Assembly: GCA_963822965.1 (NCBI GenBank)
Contig: CAWGJT010000010.1
Span: 800,001 to 864,000 of the forward strand
Source of the DNA: an uncultured delta proteobacterium
Lineage (GTDB): Bacteria; Myxococcota_A; UBA9160; UBA4427
DNA: 64,000 bases
Direction of reading: 5' to 3'
Of this stretch, positions 8,981 to 21,110 are shown one piece after another (positions within the stretch are counted from its first letter, which is position 1; each line of letters begins with the position of its first letter). The position numbers and the translations under genes were made by a program. The notes beneath the pieces are model-generated. The model saw nothing but the letters and a program-made list of their open reading frames with translations, was not told the DNA's origin and searched no databases.

Positions 8981-10544
8981 ATGACCCACGAGCTGAACCT
9001 CGACGAGATCGCTTCGAAGCTCGAGCTGCGCCAGCTCCGCTCGGAGGACTTCGAGGCCTGGCGCGATCTGGGGCTGCGGTGCTTCCCGGACATGGAGCCC
9101 TGGCTGCGCGAGTGCTTCGAGAGCCAGATCCAGCACTTTCCCGAGGGTCAGCTCTGCATCGAGCTCGACGGCCGGATGGTGGCGTCGGCCAGCTGCCTGA
9201 TCGTGCACTTCGACGACTACCAGGACTGGCACGGCTGGCGCGAGATCGCGGACGACGGCTACATCCGCAACCACGATCCGGAGGGCGACACGCTCTACGG
9301 AATCGAGATCCAGGTGGACCCCGAGATGCGGGGATACCGGCTCTCGCGCCGGCTCTACGACGCGCGCAAGGAGCTGGCGCGCCGCTACAACCTGAAGCGC
9401 ATCATGATCGGCGGCCGCATTCCCGGGTACGGAGCCGTGGCGGACCGGATGACCGCTCGGGAGTACGTCGACCAGGTGATGGCCAAGGCGCTCTACGATC
9501 CGGTGCTGACGGCGCAGCTCGCCAACGGATTCGCGCTGCAGCGCCTCGTCCCCGAGTACCTGCCCATCGACCCGGAGTCGCGGGGCTACGCCACGGCGCT
9601 CGAGTGGCGCAACCTCGACTACCAACCGCGCTCGCGCGAGGTGTCGTTGAGCACCCTCGTGGCGCGGATCAGCCTGGTCCAGTACCAGATGCGGCGGATC
9701 GAGAGCTTCGAGGACTTCGCGCGCCAGTGCGAGTTCTACGTCGACGTGGCCGGGGAGTACGAGTCGGACTTCGTCGTCTTCCCCGAGCTCTTCACCACCC
9801 AGCTGCTCTCGCTGGTGGAGAAGAAGCGACCGGGGCTCGCGGCGCGCGAGCTGGCGGACTTCACGCCCCGCTACCTCGAGCTGATGAGCGAGCTGGCGAT
9901 GCAGTACAACGTCAACGTGGTGGGTGGCTCGCAGTTCGTGATCGAGGACGAGCTGCATCTACAACGTCTCGTTCCTGCTGCGCCGCGACGGCAGCATCGA
10001 GCGCCAGCCCAAGCTGCACATCACGCCGAACGAGCGGCGCTGGTGGGGCATCGAACCGGGCGACGAGCTGCGGGTCTTCGACACCGACCGCGGCAAGGTC
10101 GCGATCCTGATCTGCTACGACGTGGAGTTTCCTGAGCTCGCCCGGGTGGCCGCGGCGCGGGGCGCGGGCATCCTCTTCGTGCCGTTCAACACCAACGATC
10201 GGCTGGGCTACGGGCGCGTGCGCAGCTGCGCCCAGGCCCGTGCCATCGAGAACCAGCTCTACGTGGCGATCGCCGGCTGCGCGGGGAACCTGCCCTTCGT
10301 CGACAACGCAGACATCCACTACTCGCAGTGCGGCATCTTCACGCCTTCGGACGTGGGCTTCGCTCGGGACGGCATCGCCGCCGAGAGCACGCCGAACATC
10401 GAGACGGTGCTCACCCACGAAGTCGACCTGGCGAGGCTCCGCCGCAACCGGCACATGGGCACGGTACGTCCCTTCACCGACCGCCGCCGGGACCTCTACA
10501 GCATCCGCATGCGGCTGCCCGACGGGAGCGAAGAGACGGTCTGA
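8981..10544 (+). CDS. GNAT N-acetyltransferase / carbon-nitrogen hydrolase fusion (frameshift near 9957)
   Basis: GNAT part ([24 protein letters not shown]); nitrilase triad motifs [24 protein letters not shown] spread over two frames. Confidence 0.88.
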
Positions 10545-10587
10545 CGGGGCGGCGAAGCGATCCGGCGGGTCGCCACCGAACGGGTGC

Positions 10588-11322
10588 TCAGAGCAGCCCG
10601 CCCGGGGGCGCCGGTCGGGCGCGCTGGTTGTAGAGCATCTTGCGCAGCCGCTCGATGTCCTCGGGCGACAGCTTCGAGGTGTCGACGCTCAGGTCCGAGC
10701 CCGCCGCCATGCCCCGCTGTACGCCGGGGCGCGCGGAGAGCTCCTCGAACCAGCGCTTGAAGTAGGGAAACTCCTCGATGTCCTGCCCCTGGCTCTCCCA
10801 GCCCACCGTCCACGGGTAGGAGATCATGTCGGCGATCGTGTAGGCGTCGCCGGCCAGGTAGCGCCGGTCGTAGAGGCGGTTGTTCATGACGCCGTAGAGA
10901 CGGTTCACCTCGTCGGTGAATCGGCACACGGCGTAGGACTGGTCGCCCTGGGAGTCCTTCAGGCGCCGGAAGTGGCCGCATTCGCCGGTCTTGGGGCCCT
11001 GGTTGGCCATCTGCCAGATGACCCACTGGTTCACCTCGTGGCGGCCGCGCAGGTCCTGGGGGTAGAAGCGGCCGGCCTTCTCGGCGAGGTAGAGCATGAT
11101 GGCGCCCGACTCGAAGAGGGAGAGCGGCGGTCCTCCGTCGGCGGGCTCGTGGTCCACCATGGCAGGCATGCGGTTGTTCGGGCTGATGGCGAGGAACGCG
11201 TCCTTGAACTGGTCCCCCTGGCCGATGCTGCACGGGACGATGCGGTAGGGCAGGCCGCACTCCTCCAGCAGGATCGTCACCTTCTTGCCGTTGGGGGTGG
11301 GCCAGTAGTGGACGTCGATCAT
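10588..11322 (-). CDS. Glutathione S-transferase, YfcG/Nu-class-like
   Basis: [44 protein letters not shown]. Confidence 0.92.
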   Translation of the reverse strand: MIDVHYWPTPNGKKVTILLEECGLPYRIVPCSIGQGDQFKDAFLAISPNNRMPAMVDHEPADGGPPLSLFESGAIMLYLAEKAGRFYPQDLRGRHEVNQWVIWQMANQGPKTGECGHFRRLKDSQGDQSYAVCRFTDEVNRLYGVMNNRLYDRRYLAGDAYTIADMISYPWTVGWESQGQDIEEFPYFKRWFEELSARPGVQRGMAAGSDLSVDTSKLSPEDIERLRKMLYNQRARPAPPGGLL

Positions 11323-11385
11323 CTCGCCTCCGCTCTCCTCGGTGTCCCTCCGCTCTCGCTCCTCTCCTCCCGGTCGGTCGAAGCG

Positions 11386-12601
<1,216 letters not shown>

Positions 12602-12787
12602 GGGGGCATCCTCGCTTCCGGACGCGAGGTCCGGCGGGTCGCCGCGCGGCGCCCGGTGAAGGTTTTCGGAGGCGCGGTTGTGGAGGGATGTGTAGCGATT
12701 CGCGAGGCCTCGGACGAGTCGCCGGACGAAGCGCTCGACGCGACTGGAGGCGGGTGAGCGTCTAGACTGGATCCGCCGGGGGGTGTT

Positions 12788-14029
12788 TTGCGACATCGCA
12801 GGGCGAGCAGAATGGGCGCGGCGGCGCTCGCCAGCCTCGCGTTCGCGACGGTCGGGTTGCCGGCTGCTGGGGCGGCGGACGAGCCGGCGCCGACCCGGGC
12901 GACGGACGAGACGCCGGACGCCGCCATGCCGCTCCCGGAGGCCGGGCCTCCCGCCGCCGAGGCCGAGCAGCCGCCCGCAGGCCCCGCCGAGTCCGAAGCC
13001 GCCGAGTCCCCTCCGCCGCCGGGGCACTGGGCGCCGCCGCCGCCGAGCGCGAAGGAGTTCGATTGGATGCAGATGAGCTCGGGCGAGTGGCTGAAGGGCG
13101 AGCTCGAGAGGCTGCGGGACTACCGTGTGGTCTTCGACAGCGACGAGTTCGACGAGCTCGAAGTCGATTGGGACGACGTGAACGCCTTCTACCTGCCGCG
13201 GCCCCACAGCTATCGGGTCGCGGGCCGTGTCCTCTTCGGAACGGCGGAGCTGCGGGGGGACGTGCTGCGGATCCGTACGGGCGAGAAGGTGGAGGAGTTC
13301 AAGCGTTCGGATCTCTCCAGCATCGCCCGGGGCGGCGGGCGCGAGCTGGACTACTGGTCGGCCAAGGCGGCCGTGAGCCTCACGGCTCGTCGTGGCAACA
13401 CCAAGCAGGCGGATCTGACCGGATCCAGCCAGGTGCGTCGAGAGACCGCGGTCACGCGCTTCGTGACGCAGTACGCGGGGGCGTTCTCCCGCGTGGGGGG
13501 CAAGAAGCAGGCCAACAACCACCGGGTGAACACGCAGTTCGACGTCTTCCTGACCCGCACCTTCTACCTCACGGCGCCCTTCGGCGAGTTCTACACGGAC
13601 GAATTCCAGAACATCGATGCTCGCGTGACGTCCGGTCTGGGCGTCGGCAACGAGTTCGTCCGCAACGGCACGGTGGAGCTCGACGCCTCGATCGGCGGGG
13701 CGCACCAGTACACGCGTCTCTCAGCGGGCACCCGTCAGAAGCGCGAGAGCCACGACTTCGCCGTGGTGACGGGGGTCAGCCTCGATCTGGACCTCACCTC
13801 GGATATCGAGCTCGACAACAGCTACTCCGTGCAGCTGGTGGTGACGGATTTCGGCAAGACGAACCACCACGCCGAGTCGGTCCTGTCGTTCGACGTGTGG
13901 GGGCCCCTGGACTTCGACGTCTCGGGCATCTGGGATCGCATCGAGGACCCCGCGCCCGACGCGAACGGGGGCGATCGACCGAAGCGCGACGACTTCCGCC
14001 TGCTGGTGGGGGTGTCGCTCGATTTCTGA
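12788..14029 (+). CDS. DUF481-family outer-membrane beta-barrel protein
   Basis: Signal peptide, Pro/Ala-rich linker, amphipathic strands ([19 protein letters not shown]), C-terminal aromatic (VSLDF). Confidence 0.7.
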   Translation: MRHRRASRMGAAALASLAFATVGLPAAGAADEPAPTRATDETPDAAMPLPEAGPPAAEAEQPPAGPAESEAAESPPPPGHWAPPPPSAKEFDWMQMSSGEWLKGELERLRDYRVVFDSDEFDELEVDWDDVNAFYLPRPHSYRVAGRVLFGTAELRGDVLRIRTGEKVEEFKRSDLSSIARGGGRELDYWSAKAAVSLTARRGNTKQADLTGSSQVRRETAVTRFVTQYAGAFSRVGGKKQANNHRVNTQFDVFLTRTFYLTAPFGEFYTDEFQNIDARVTSGLGVGNEFVRNGTVELDASIGGAHQYTRLSAGTRQKRESHDFAVVTGVSLDLDLTSDIELDNSYSVQLVVTDFGKTNHHAESVLSFDVWGPLDFDVSGIWDRIEDPAPDANGGDRPKRDDFRLLVGVSLDF

Positions 14030-14039
14030 GGGCCGCGGC

Positions 14040-15162
14040 TCAGCCCCGCCCGATCGAGGCCAGGGGAACCACCTCGGCGACGGGGGTCTCGATGTCGCCC
14101 TCGGGCAGCATGAATCGCCAGAACACCAGGCCGAAGGGGAGGCCCTCGGTGTCGATCCAGTTCGGCACCCCGGGATCGCGTGCGGCCAGCACCATGCGGA
14201 AGCGGCCGTCGGGCTCGAGCCGGGTCTGGGCGCGGTTCAGCGAGGCCTGCCGATTCGCGTAGTCGTAGGTCTGCTGGTATCGATTCCAGAGGTTGACGTT
14301 GGCGAAGCGGCAGCGGGGCCAGCGGCCCGTGACGACGAGGGCCTGGTCGGGTCCGAGCACGTAGGGCGCCATCGAGTAGGCGGCGTCGAAGGCCGCGAGC
14401 CCGAAGTCGCCGGGGCTCACGGGCTGCGGGAAGACGTTCGGCGCCAGCCCGACGAAGGGCGGCAGCTGCTTGTTCTGCGCCATGGGCGGCTGGTCGAGGG
14501 TGCGGCTCCGCACGAAGGTCGCAGCCCGCCGGATTCCCGCGGCCACGGAAGCGTCGCTGGGGGGCGGCGGGGGGGTCGGCGCGTCCTTCACCTCGATCTC
14601 CAGGGCCGCGTTCCGCGTCGGGTCGGCGGCCGCAGGCACGCACGGTCTCGTAGTAGTGGCGGGTCGTGATCCGCGAGGCGCCGCGCTCCAATGGGAGCCA
14701 GTTGCGGTCCCGGGGCTCGCCGCCGAAGTGGATCTCGAAGTGGCCGGCGGCGTCCACGTCGAAGTCCAGGTCGTTGATGACGCCGCCGGTGCGGCTCGCC
14801 ATCGATCCGTCCTCGGTGTCCATCTCGATGGTGAACGAGACGTAGACCGCTTCGTCCATGCGCCCGCGAACCACGTAGGCGTAGTCGGCGGAGACCGGCG
14901 CGTCCCAGTAGATCGCGTCGGGATTGTCGCCGGTGAACTTGCGGGAGGGGCTCACGATGCGCCGGAAGGTGGGATGGGCGGGGTCGCACTCGAACATGCT
15001 GCCGATGCCGCCCTCGAGCATGTGCATCAGCGCCCGATGCGCGCCGACGATGTCCGTCTCGCTGGCGAGGTTCCATTCGGGACCGGCCCATCGCTCGTCG
15101 ATCTCGCCAAGCAGGTCGATGAGCTCGTGCAGGGCCTTGCGGGATTCCGTCTGGACGCTCAT
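14040..15162 (-). CDS. DUF1214-like protein (frameshift near 14640)
   Basis: KFTGDNPDAIYWDAPV, DAAGHFEIHFGG, then DGRFRMVLAARDPGVPNWIDTEG in the next frame. Confidence 0.72.
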
Positions 15163-15217
15163 GCGGGCTTCTCCGGGGCGGTGTGGATCGCCAGCATTCG
15201 GCTTCGGGCGGCGTCCG

Positions 15218-15790
15218 TCAACCGCCCGCCAGGGGAAGGCGGGCGAGGGGCGTGTAGCGAGAGCCACCGGGACCGGAATCGCTGCGGTAGAGGACCACGT
15301 GGCGCGCCTGCGTGCGCAGCGGCGCCACGGGCACGTCCAGGGGCGGGCTTCGCAGCGGGCCGCGTCGGGCGCGGCCCAACGTGACGTGCGGGCGGAAGGG
15401 CCGCGCGTCCGGCTCGAAGCCCAGGGGAACGAGGCTCTGGGAGACGCCCGCCGCGAGCGCCTGCAGGGCAGGCTGCTCCGCGATGCCTGCCACGACGACC
15501 CGGGCCCGACGCTTCGAGGGCAGCGCATCGAGCCCCGACAGCTCGTAGGGGAACGGCGGGAGGGCACTCGTCGCGGCGCCGACCGCGTCCGCGACGGCTC
15601 GGGCGCGCCCGGGCTCCAACGCCCCCAGGAAGAGGAGCGTCAGGTGGAGGTTCGCGGCCGGAACCCAGCGGACCCGTTCCGCCCACTCGGACCCTTGTAG
15701 GGAGCGCACCACCCGCGCGAGCTCGTCGCGGGCCTCGGGGGCCAGCGGCAGGGCAAAGAAGCAGCGCAGGGGGGTCTCGTCTCCGTGCAT
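15218..15790 (-). CDS. thpR: RNA 2',3'-cyclic phosphodiesterase (2H family)
   Basis: RCFFALPL, NLHLTLLFLG and FRPHVTLGR (two HxT motifs), LYRS...GSRY. Confidence 0.9.
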   Translation of the reverse strand: MHGDETPLRCFFALPLAPEARDELARVVRSLQGSEWAERVRWVPAANLHLTLLFLGALEPGRARAVADAVGAATSALPPFPYELSGLDALPSKRRARVVVAGIAEQPALQALAAGVSQSLVPLGFEPDARPFRPHVTLGRARRGPLRSPPLDVPVAPLRTQARHVVLYRSDSGPGGSRYTPLARLPLAGG

Positions 15791-15931
15791 CGAGCGCCAA
15801 GGGTGGAGGAAGCGCGGCGGAAGTCGAGGCCGCCTCGTCCACCACCCATTGACACAGACACTGTCACGATCGAATACTCGGGAGGCGCGCGCCCCGCATC
15901 GGAACCCCGTCCCGTCCCAGGAGGCCCCCCC

Positions 15932-16982
<1,051 letters not shown>

Positions 16983-16998
16983 TCCGCAACCGTCTCCG

Positions 16999-18159
16999 AT
17001 GAACCGGACCGATCGTCCCTATCGCTTCCACGCCTTCGACGTCTCCTACTTCTCGGCGAAGGTGAGGCCGGCGCTGCGCTACAAGCAGCTCTGGTACGAG
17101 GAGCTGCGCGCCGATCTCGGATTGATCCGCGAAAGGACGGGTCTCGGCTTCATCCCCGTGCTGATCACGCCCGAGGACGAGGTCTGGCAGGACTCGACGG
17201 AGATCCTCGATCGGCTGGAGGCGCGACACCCCGAGCCGGCCCTCGTGCCGAGCACGCCGCTCCAGGGCCTGGCCGCGCACCTCGTCGAGCTGTACGTGGA
17301 CGAGTTCTGCACGATTCCGGCCATGCACTATCGCTGGGGGAGCGAGCTGGGGGAGGCCACGGCGCGGGCGCGCTTCAGCGCCATGACCGGCAGCGAGAAG
17401 ATCGGGAACCTGGCGGCCGACCGCATGGTGGCGGGCCGCTTCGCGCTGGGGGCCAGCGACGAGGCGGCGCCGGCGATCGAGGCGCACCTCGACGACCTGC
17501 TCGGCCGGCTGAACGCCCACTTCGAGACCCATCCCTACCTGCTCGGCGACCGCATGTCGGTGGCCGACTGCGCGCTCATGGGTCCCTTCTACGCGCACCT
17601 CTTCGTCGACATCGTGCCCCGTCGCCTCCTGCTCGAGCGCGCGGTTCCGGTCGTGGGATGGATCGAGCGCTGCTCGTTTCCGGGCGCGGACGGGCAGGGA
17701 GAATGGCTCGCCGCGGACCGCCTGGCGACCTCGCTGCGAGACGTCCTGCGGGTGATGGGGAAGGACGCCGCCCCCGTCGTCCGCGACGGACTCGTCGCAT
17801 TCGAAGCGTGGGTGGATGCCTCGGGCGGCGGACCCGGAAAGCTGCCGCGGAGCGTCGGCACCTACGAGACGGTGCTGCGGGGAACGAAGCTCACCCGGAC
17901 CCTCGGCTCCTACCCGGTCTGGATGATCCAGCGCAGCACCGACGCGTACGCGGCCCTCCCCGACGACGCGCGCGCCCGGGTGGACGAGGCCCTGGCGGGC
18001 AGCGGCTGGGAGGAGATCCTCCGGAACCCGCCCCGTCATCGGGTCGAGAAGCGCGGCTTCGATCTGTTCCTGGCCGGATCCGGGTCGGCGGGAGAAGCGA
18101 GCCGGGAGACGGACGAGGACGACGTGGCGCCGAAGAGGCGCCGAGGAGGAGTGAGATGA
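16999..18159 (+). CDS. Glutathione S-transferase family protein
   Basis: VSYFSAKVRPALRYK, IPVLITP...WQDSTEILDRLE, PYLLGDRMSVADCAL. Confidence 0.85.
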   Translation: MNRTDRPYRFHAFDVSYFSAKVRPALRYKQLWYEELRADLGLIRERTGLGFIPVLITPEDEVWQDSTEILDRLEARHPEPALVPSTPLQGLAAHLVELYVDEFCTIPAMHYRWGSELGEATARARFSAMTGSEKIGNLAADRMVAGRFALGASDEAAPAIEAHLDDLLGRLNAHFETHPYLLGDRMSVADCALMGPFYAHLFVDIVPRRLLLERAVPVVGWIERCSFPGADGQGEWLAADRLATSLRDVLRVMGKDAAPVVRDGLVAFEAWVDASGGGPGKLPRSVGTYETVLRGTKLTRTLGSYPVWMIQRSTDAYAALPDDARARVDEALAGSGWEEILRNPPRHRVEKRGFDLFLAGSGSAGEASRETDEDDVAPKRRRGGVR

Positions 18160-19067
18160 AGATCGGAGTCATGTGCGGCGCGACGGGCGGACCGGATGGG
18201 ACGCTGGACGGCCTGGTGGCGCGCTGCCGCGAGATCGAGCGGCGCGGCTTCGCGAGCGTCTGGATGGCGAACATCTTCGGACTGGACGCCATCGGCTCGC
18301 TGGGCATCGTGGGTCGGGAGACCGGACGCATCGAGCTGGGCACCGCGGTGGTGCCGAGCTATCCGCGACACCCGGTGGCGATGGCCCAGCAGGCGCTCAC
18401 CACCCAGGCGGCCGCGGGCGGCCGCTTCGTGCTGGGGATCGGTCTGTCGCACCGACTCGTGATCGAGGACATGTTCGGCCTGTCGTACGAGAGGCCGGCG
18501 CGGCACATGCGGGAATACCTCGCCGCGCTCGGTCCCCTGCTGCGCCGGGAGCCCGCGCACTTCGACGGCGAGCAGTACCGGGTGCACGCGGGCCTCGACG
18601 TGCCGGGCGCCGAGCCGGTGCCCCTGCTGGTCGCGGCGCTGGGCGACCGGATGCTCGAGCTGGCGGGCAGCGAGACGGACGGAACGATCCTCTGGATGAC
18701 CGGTCCCAAGACGATCGAGAGCCACATCGGCCCGAAGATCCGCCGGGCGGCCGAGGCCGCCGGACGCCCCGCGCCCCGCATCGTGGCGGGGCTTCCGGTC
18801 GTCGTCACCGACGATCCGGACGGGGTGCGGCAGCGCGTCGGAGACGCCCTGACGATCTACGGCACCCTGCCGTCCTACCGGGCGATGCTGGACCGGGAGG
18901 GCGCAGGCGGACCGGCAGACATCGCCCTGGTGGGGAACGAGAAGGCGCTCGATGCCGAGGTGGACCGGCTGCGGGACATCGGGGTGACCGATTTCAACGC
19001 CGCCGTCCTGCCCCTGGAGGAGGGAGCGGACCAGCGCTCGCTCGACTGGCTGCAGAGTCGTCTCTGA
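18156..19067 (+). CDS. F420-dependent LLM oxidoreductase (TIGR03564-like)
   Basis: ATGA overlap with the upstream stop; IELGTAVVPSYPRHP, GRFVLGIGLSH, YGTLPSYRAMLDREG. Confidence 0.88.
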   Translation: MKIGVMCGATGGPDGTLDGLVARCREIERRGFASVWMANIFGLDAIGSLGIVGRETGRIELGTAVVPSYPRHPVAMAQQALTTQAAAGGRFVLGIGLSHRLVIEDMFGLSYERPARHMREYLAALGPLLRREPAHFDGEQYRVHAGLDVPGAEPVPLLVAALGDRMLELAGSETDGTILWMTGPKTIESHIGPKIRRAAEAAGRPAPRIVAGLPVVVTDDPDGVRQRVGDALTIYGTLPSYRAMLDREGAGGPADIALVGNEKALDAEVDRLRDIGVTDFNAAVLPLEEGADQRSLDWLQSRL

Positions 19068-19190
19068 GCCGGCGGCCTACGGAAAGCTTGGAAAGGCCCC
19101 AGGGGTCTTGACCGGGGGCCAGATCCGCCGTTGACTCCGGTCTCTGATGGGAGCCGGCACCTCGCTCGGTGCGGTTGGAGGGAGACGGCG

Positions 19191-19547
19191 GTGGTGGAGT
19201 ATCGCTTCGATCCGGAGCGGGCCCTGTTGGTGGTCACCGTGTCGGGCGTGGTCGGCGACACGGACTTCGGGGATGCGAAGTTCCCCGACGTGCCCCCCGG
19301 CACGATCGAGCTGCTCGACCTGTCCGGGGCGGAGCGTACCGACATCTCGTCCGACGAGATCCGGCGCATCGCCCAACGCGACGTCTCCTGGCCCGATCGT
19401 ATCAGCCGGATGGCCATCGTCGCGGCCAGCGACGTGGCCTTCGGTCTCGCGCGCATGTACCAGACCCTGTGCGACGGCATGAACACCGAGGTGGCGATCT
19501 TCCGGAGCCGTCCCGAGGCGGAGGACTGGCTCGGGCTCGCACCCTGA
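19191..19547 (+). CDS. Hypothetical STAS/SpoIIAA-like small protein
   Basis: LLDLSGAE...RMAIVAASDVAFGLARMY...IFRSRPEAEDWL; GGAGGGAG RBS. Confidence 0.7.
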   Translation: MVEYRFDPERALLVVTVSGVVGDTDFGDAKFPDVPPGTIELLDLSGAERTDISSDEIRRIAQRDVSWPDRISRMAIVAASDVAFGLARMYQTLCDGMNTEVAIFRSRPEAEDWLGLAP

Positions 19548-19579
19548 AGCCGGCATCTGGCCGCGCAGGCGTGCGCGGC

Positions 19580-20032
19580 TCAGTCGTCGTCGCCGTACCG
19601 TTCGCCCGCCGGATGGGCGCCCGGCTCCGCACCGGGGGGCAGCCCGGGGTAGCGGGGAAGGTCGTCGCGGATCTCGTACCAGCTGGCCTTGGACTCGACG
19701 TTCACGTGCATGGCCGGGTGGATGCCGCGGTCGTCGTCCAGCGTCCCGACCACCAGGGACGTGAGCCGGGGCACGGCCTCCCCGCGATTGTAGAGCCGGC
19801 TTCCGCAGCGGGTGCAGAAGGCCCGCCAGCCGACGCCCGGCGTATGGACCTCGCGGATCGCGTCGCCTCCCTCGAAGTGCAGGTCGCTGCTCGCGACCAT
19901 CGCCAGCGTGACGAACGGGCCGCCGTGGGCCCGGCGGCAGTAGCGGCAGTGGCAGTTGAGCACGAATCCGATCTCGCCCTCGAGCCGGTAGCGAACCGCG
20001 CCGCAGAGGCAGCCGCCGCTACGTGAAGGCAC
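19580..20032 (-). CDS. GFA (CENP-V) family Zn protein
   Basis: GGCLCGAVRY, CHCRYCRR, FCTRCGS. Confidence 0.9.
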   Translation of the reverse strand: MPSRSGGCLCGAVRYRLEGEIGFVLNCHCRYCRRAHGGPFVTLAMVASSDLHFEGGDAIREVHTPGVGWRAFCTRCGSRLYNRGEAVPRLTSLVVGTLDDDRGIHPAMHVNVESKASWYEIRDDLPRYPGLPPGAEPGAHPAGERYGDDD

Positions 20033-21002
20033 TGCGCCAGCTCAGGTAGCCGAGGTAGATGGCGACCAGCAGCGCCGCCTCGGCTCGCAGGATGCGGCGG
20101 CGCGCCGAGATCGAGACGATGAGCAGCACCAGGGAGAGCAGGGCCGTGACGCCGAGATCCAGCAGCCCCCACCGGGGGATCGACAGGGGTCGGATGAAGA
20201 CGGTCACGGCCATCACGAAGAGCAGGTTGAAGATGTTCGAGCCGATGACGTTCCCGATGGCGATCTCCACGTGCCCGCGCAAGGTGGCCATGATGCTCGT
20301 CGCCAGCTCGGGCAGGCTCGTCCCGACGGCCACCAGGGTGATGCCGATCACCACTTCGGAGACGCCGAAGGCGCGCGCGATGGCGACCGAGGCGTTCACC
20401 GTCAGGTCCGCGCCGTAGACCAGCGCTCCGAAGCCCGACACCGTGACCAGCAGGTCGCGGGAGGTCCGGACCCGGGGGCTGACGCCGGGGAGCTCGCTCG
20501 CCACCAGCTCTTCGAAGGTGGGGTGGTCGGTCCGCTGTCGGATCAGCTCGCCCACCGTGTAGTACAGGAATACGCAGAAGAAGAGGAAGAGCACGATGCC
20601 GTCGCCGCGGTCCAGGCTGGGCGCGTCGCCGTCGACGAGCGTGTCGGCGGCCATCACGATCGTGGCGATCGTGCCGAGGATCATCATCGGGATCTCGCGG
20701 GAGACGACCACGCTGTCGATGTGCAACGCTCGGATCAGGCCGCACACCCCCACCACGAGCCCGATGTTGGCCATGTTCGAGCCGACGATGTTTCCGAAGG
20801 AGAGGCCGGTCTGTCCGGTGAAGGCGGCCGTCGCATTGACCGCCAGCTCGGGCGCGCTCGTTCCGAAGGCCACGACCAGCAGGCCGATCGCCAGGTCGGA
20901 AATGCCCAGGGACCGGGCCAGGGACGCGGCACCCCGGACCACCGCCTCGCCGCCCCCCAGCAGCAGGAGCAGACCGATCAGGAGCTGGAGTCCCTCCGGC
21001 AC
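20019..21002 (-). CDS. Ca2+/Na+ antiporter (YrbG-like)
   Basis: Two alpha repeats: VAFGTSAPEL...GNIVGSNMAN and VAVGTSLPEL...GNVIGSNIFN. Confidence 0.92.
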   Translation of the reverse strand: MPEGLQLLIGLLLLLGGGEAVVRGAASLARSLGISDLAIGLLVVAFGTSAPELAVNATAAFTGQTGLSFGNIVGSNMANIGLVVGVCGLIRALHIDSVVVSREIPMMILGTIATIVMAADTLVDGDAPSLDRGDGIVLFLFFCVFLYYTVGELIRQRTDHPTFEELVASELPGVSPRVRTSRDLLVTVSGFGALVYGADLTVNASVAIARAFGVSEVVIGITLVAVGTSLPELATSIMATLRGHVEIAIGNVIGSNIFNLLFVMAVTVFIRPLSIPRWGLLDLGVTALLSLVLLIVSISARRRILRAEAALLVAIYLGYLSWRSAFT

Positions 21003-21110
21003 GCATCGCCTCCGGGCGCGACGATAGTGCGGATGCCCGGATTGCGAACGCGAAGCGCGCATCCGGCCGGCGGGTGACAGCCGCACGCGGGAGTGATACG
21101 ACCTCCAGCC

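Noticed and set aside
7938..8984. 348-aa ORF with a duplicated 71-aa unit
   Set aside because: By-product of the 213-bp DNA repeat having a period divisible by three; overlaps the real SnoaL-like gene in another frame.
15218..15790. thpR as part of an RNA-repair or defence system
   Set aside because: No rtcB/rtcA, cinA/recA, nuclease or defence genes nearby; appears to be a lone housekeeping gene.
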